Shown piece after piece: positions 61,795 to 64,000 of a stretch of DNA of 64,000 bases. The notes beneath the pieces were generated by a model, which saw only the letters and a list, made by a program, of their open reading frames with translations, was not told the origin of the DNA and made no database searches. Numbering within the stretch: position 1 is the stretch's first letter; the number at the start of each line of letters is the position of its first letter. A program made the translations under genes and the position numbers. This stretch comes from Ginglymostoma cirratum (lineage: Eukaryota), in the NCBI GenBank assembly GCA_024137785.1, contig JAHRHZ010000034.1:26796920-26860919 (forward strand), given 5' to 3'.

Positions 61795-63085
61795 CACACC
61801 TTCCTCTGGCAGCTCATTCCATACCAGCACCACATGAAGAAGTTGCCCCTCACTCCTTTTTAAATCTTCCTCCTCTCACCTTAACCTATTCTGTCTAATT
61901 TTGGACTGCACCATCCTAGGAAGAAGACCCTTGCTGTTCTCCTAATTGTGCCTCTCAAGATTTTATAAACCTTTATAACGTCACCCTTCAGCCTCAAATG
62001 CTCCAGGGAAAAATGCCCCAGCCTATTCAGTCTTTCCCTGTAGTTCAAACCCAGCAACATCCTTGTAAATCTTTTCTGCACCCTCTCAACATACTTCCTA
62101 TAGAAGAGCGACCAGAATTGTGCGCAGTATTCCAAAAATGCCCTCACTAATGTCCTGTACAGCCCCAACATGATATCCCAACTTCTTTACTCAATATTCT
62201 GACCAATGTTGGCAAGCATACCAAACGCCTTTTTCACCACCCTGACTACTTAGGATTCTACTTTCAAGGAACTGTGCGCCTGCATCCCAAGGTCTCTTTG
62301 TTGGGCAGCACTGCCCTGGGGCCTACCATTAACTGTACAAGGCCTGCCCCTGTTTGCCTTACCAAAGTGCCATGCCTTGCATTTATCTAATTTAATTGCC
62401 ATGTGCCACTCATCGGCCGATTAGTCCAGCTGATCAGGGTCCCAATGTACTCTGAGTTAATCTTCTTCACTGTCCATTTATTAACTTACTAACGATGCCT
62501 CTTATATTCACATCCAAATCATTTATATCAATGACAAAAAGCCGTTGGACACCATTGGTCACAGGCTTCCAGTCTGAAAAACAACCCCACGCCACCACCC
62601 TCTGTCTCTTACCTTCAAGCCAATTTTGTATCCAATTGACTAATTTCCTCTGGATTCCATGTAATCTAACCTTATTAACCAGTCTAGCATGCGCAGTCTT
62701 CTCAGATGCTTTGCTGAAGTCCATATAGACAACACCTACTGCTCTGGCTTTATTAATCTTTGTCACTTTTTCAAAAAAGCTCAATCAAGTTAATGAGACA
62801 TAGTTCTCCCCCACGCAAAATCATGCTGACTATCCTTAATCAGTCCTTACCTTTCCAAATGCATGTAAATCCTGTCCGTCAGAATACCTTCCAATGACTT
62901 ACCCACTACTGACATAAGGCTGACCGGTCTATATTTCTCTAGCTTTTCTTAAATGATGGCATCATGTTAGCCACCCTCTGGTCTTCCGGCACCTCACCCG
63001 TGGCTGTGAATGATATAAATATCTCAGCAATGGGCCAGCAATGGCTTCCCTAGCTTCCCACAAAGTTCTGGGAAGCACTTGATCA
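61795..63085 (-). mobile_element. CR1 LINE ORF2 3' half, decayed
   Basis: ORFs YMDFSKA..WIQNWL, LYRTLVRAFLEYCAQFWS, LWEAREAIAGPL. Confidence 0.9.
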
Positions 63086-64000
63086 CACCAGTATAATGCA
63101 TGATTTCCACGTAGTACAGGACGTGCATTCCATGTGACCAAGCTGTCCTGCCATGTCTTCAACTCACTTATATTAACTTTATCTTACTCAATTTCATTGT
63201 TCTTAACGTCATGAAATTTACACCTATTGATAACCTAACCAGTACTGATAAATCCAGCTAATGCTTAACACACATGACTAGTTGTAGTAAACCTTATTTA
63301 AAGCACCTCCTTTACACTATACCAAATTCCAAACTGAACCTAATTCGCTACTCATTATATCTACGTCTGACTTGGGTGTAGTCTTCTGACCACCCTCCCT
63401 GTATTGACTGTGCTGTTTGCAATGGCTGTTACATAGGGCCGCTGATGAGTTACTCTGAAGTCTCTGATGTATTAATAGGGTAGTTACTGTTCATCCTGCA
63501 CAAACTGAGTCAAAATCCCTTGCTAACAGCACACTGGCTGTGTCTACCTCCTGCAAACAGCAACAGTTCAAGAAGACAAGTCACCTACATTGATAACTGC
63601 ATTTAGGAATGGGCAGTAGATGCCTAGCAGCGACATCCATGTCCTGTGAATGAATTTTTAAAAATAAAGCCACCAAGGCTGCCTTATAAAGCCAATAAGA
63701 CTAAAGTCAATAAGCCCCTGAAGCCTTGTACACTTTGCCCTTTTTACAGTGATAGGTGCCTCAGCTGCCCTGATTTTTAGCAGACAGTCCCTTCTAATTT
63801 TGCTTGGGAGGGGAGTTGAGAGGCTAATTATTGCTGTGATATTGAAATGTGTTCAGTTTTGACTCATACAGTGAGTGCATCCTATTATAATGCTGCCTGG
63901 TACAATGAATGTTTCCTGGGTTTTCTGCTTATGTTGGTTCTGCTCTTCTGGTTTCATTTTTGCAATCCTGGTAAAGCTGTCAGGTTAAGTTGCTTACATT

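Overview
Vertebrate genomic DNA, almost certainly from a shark: it carries HE1-type V-SINEs, HER1/CR1 LINEs and Deu-domain SINEs. A carpet-shark origin is only a guess. The one host gene I can support is a CpG-island promoter plus first coding exon (about 4451/4496-4553, + strand) of a divergent ZEB1/ZEB2-family gene. I found no exon 2, so the remaining ~59 kb is probably its intron. That intron is a dense fossil record of mobile DNA: CR1, L2 and RTE LINEs, three SINE families, two Penelope-like element (PLE) coding remnants, a decayed Ty1/Copia element with INT-RT-RH order, and a probable intron-containing KDZ (Kyakuja-Dileera-Zisupton) transposase fossil. The most striking system is about 20 short PLE-terminus elements carrying a minimal hammerhead-ribozyme motif (CTGANGA-A-stem II-GAAACGTH). 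Many are head-to-head palindromes and several have 9-15 bp target-site duplications (TSDs). There are two assembly gaps (19769-20168 and 46958-47057). All family assignments come from recognising motifs by eye, and repeat boundaries are approximate.
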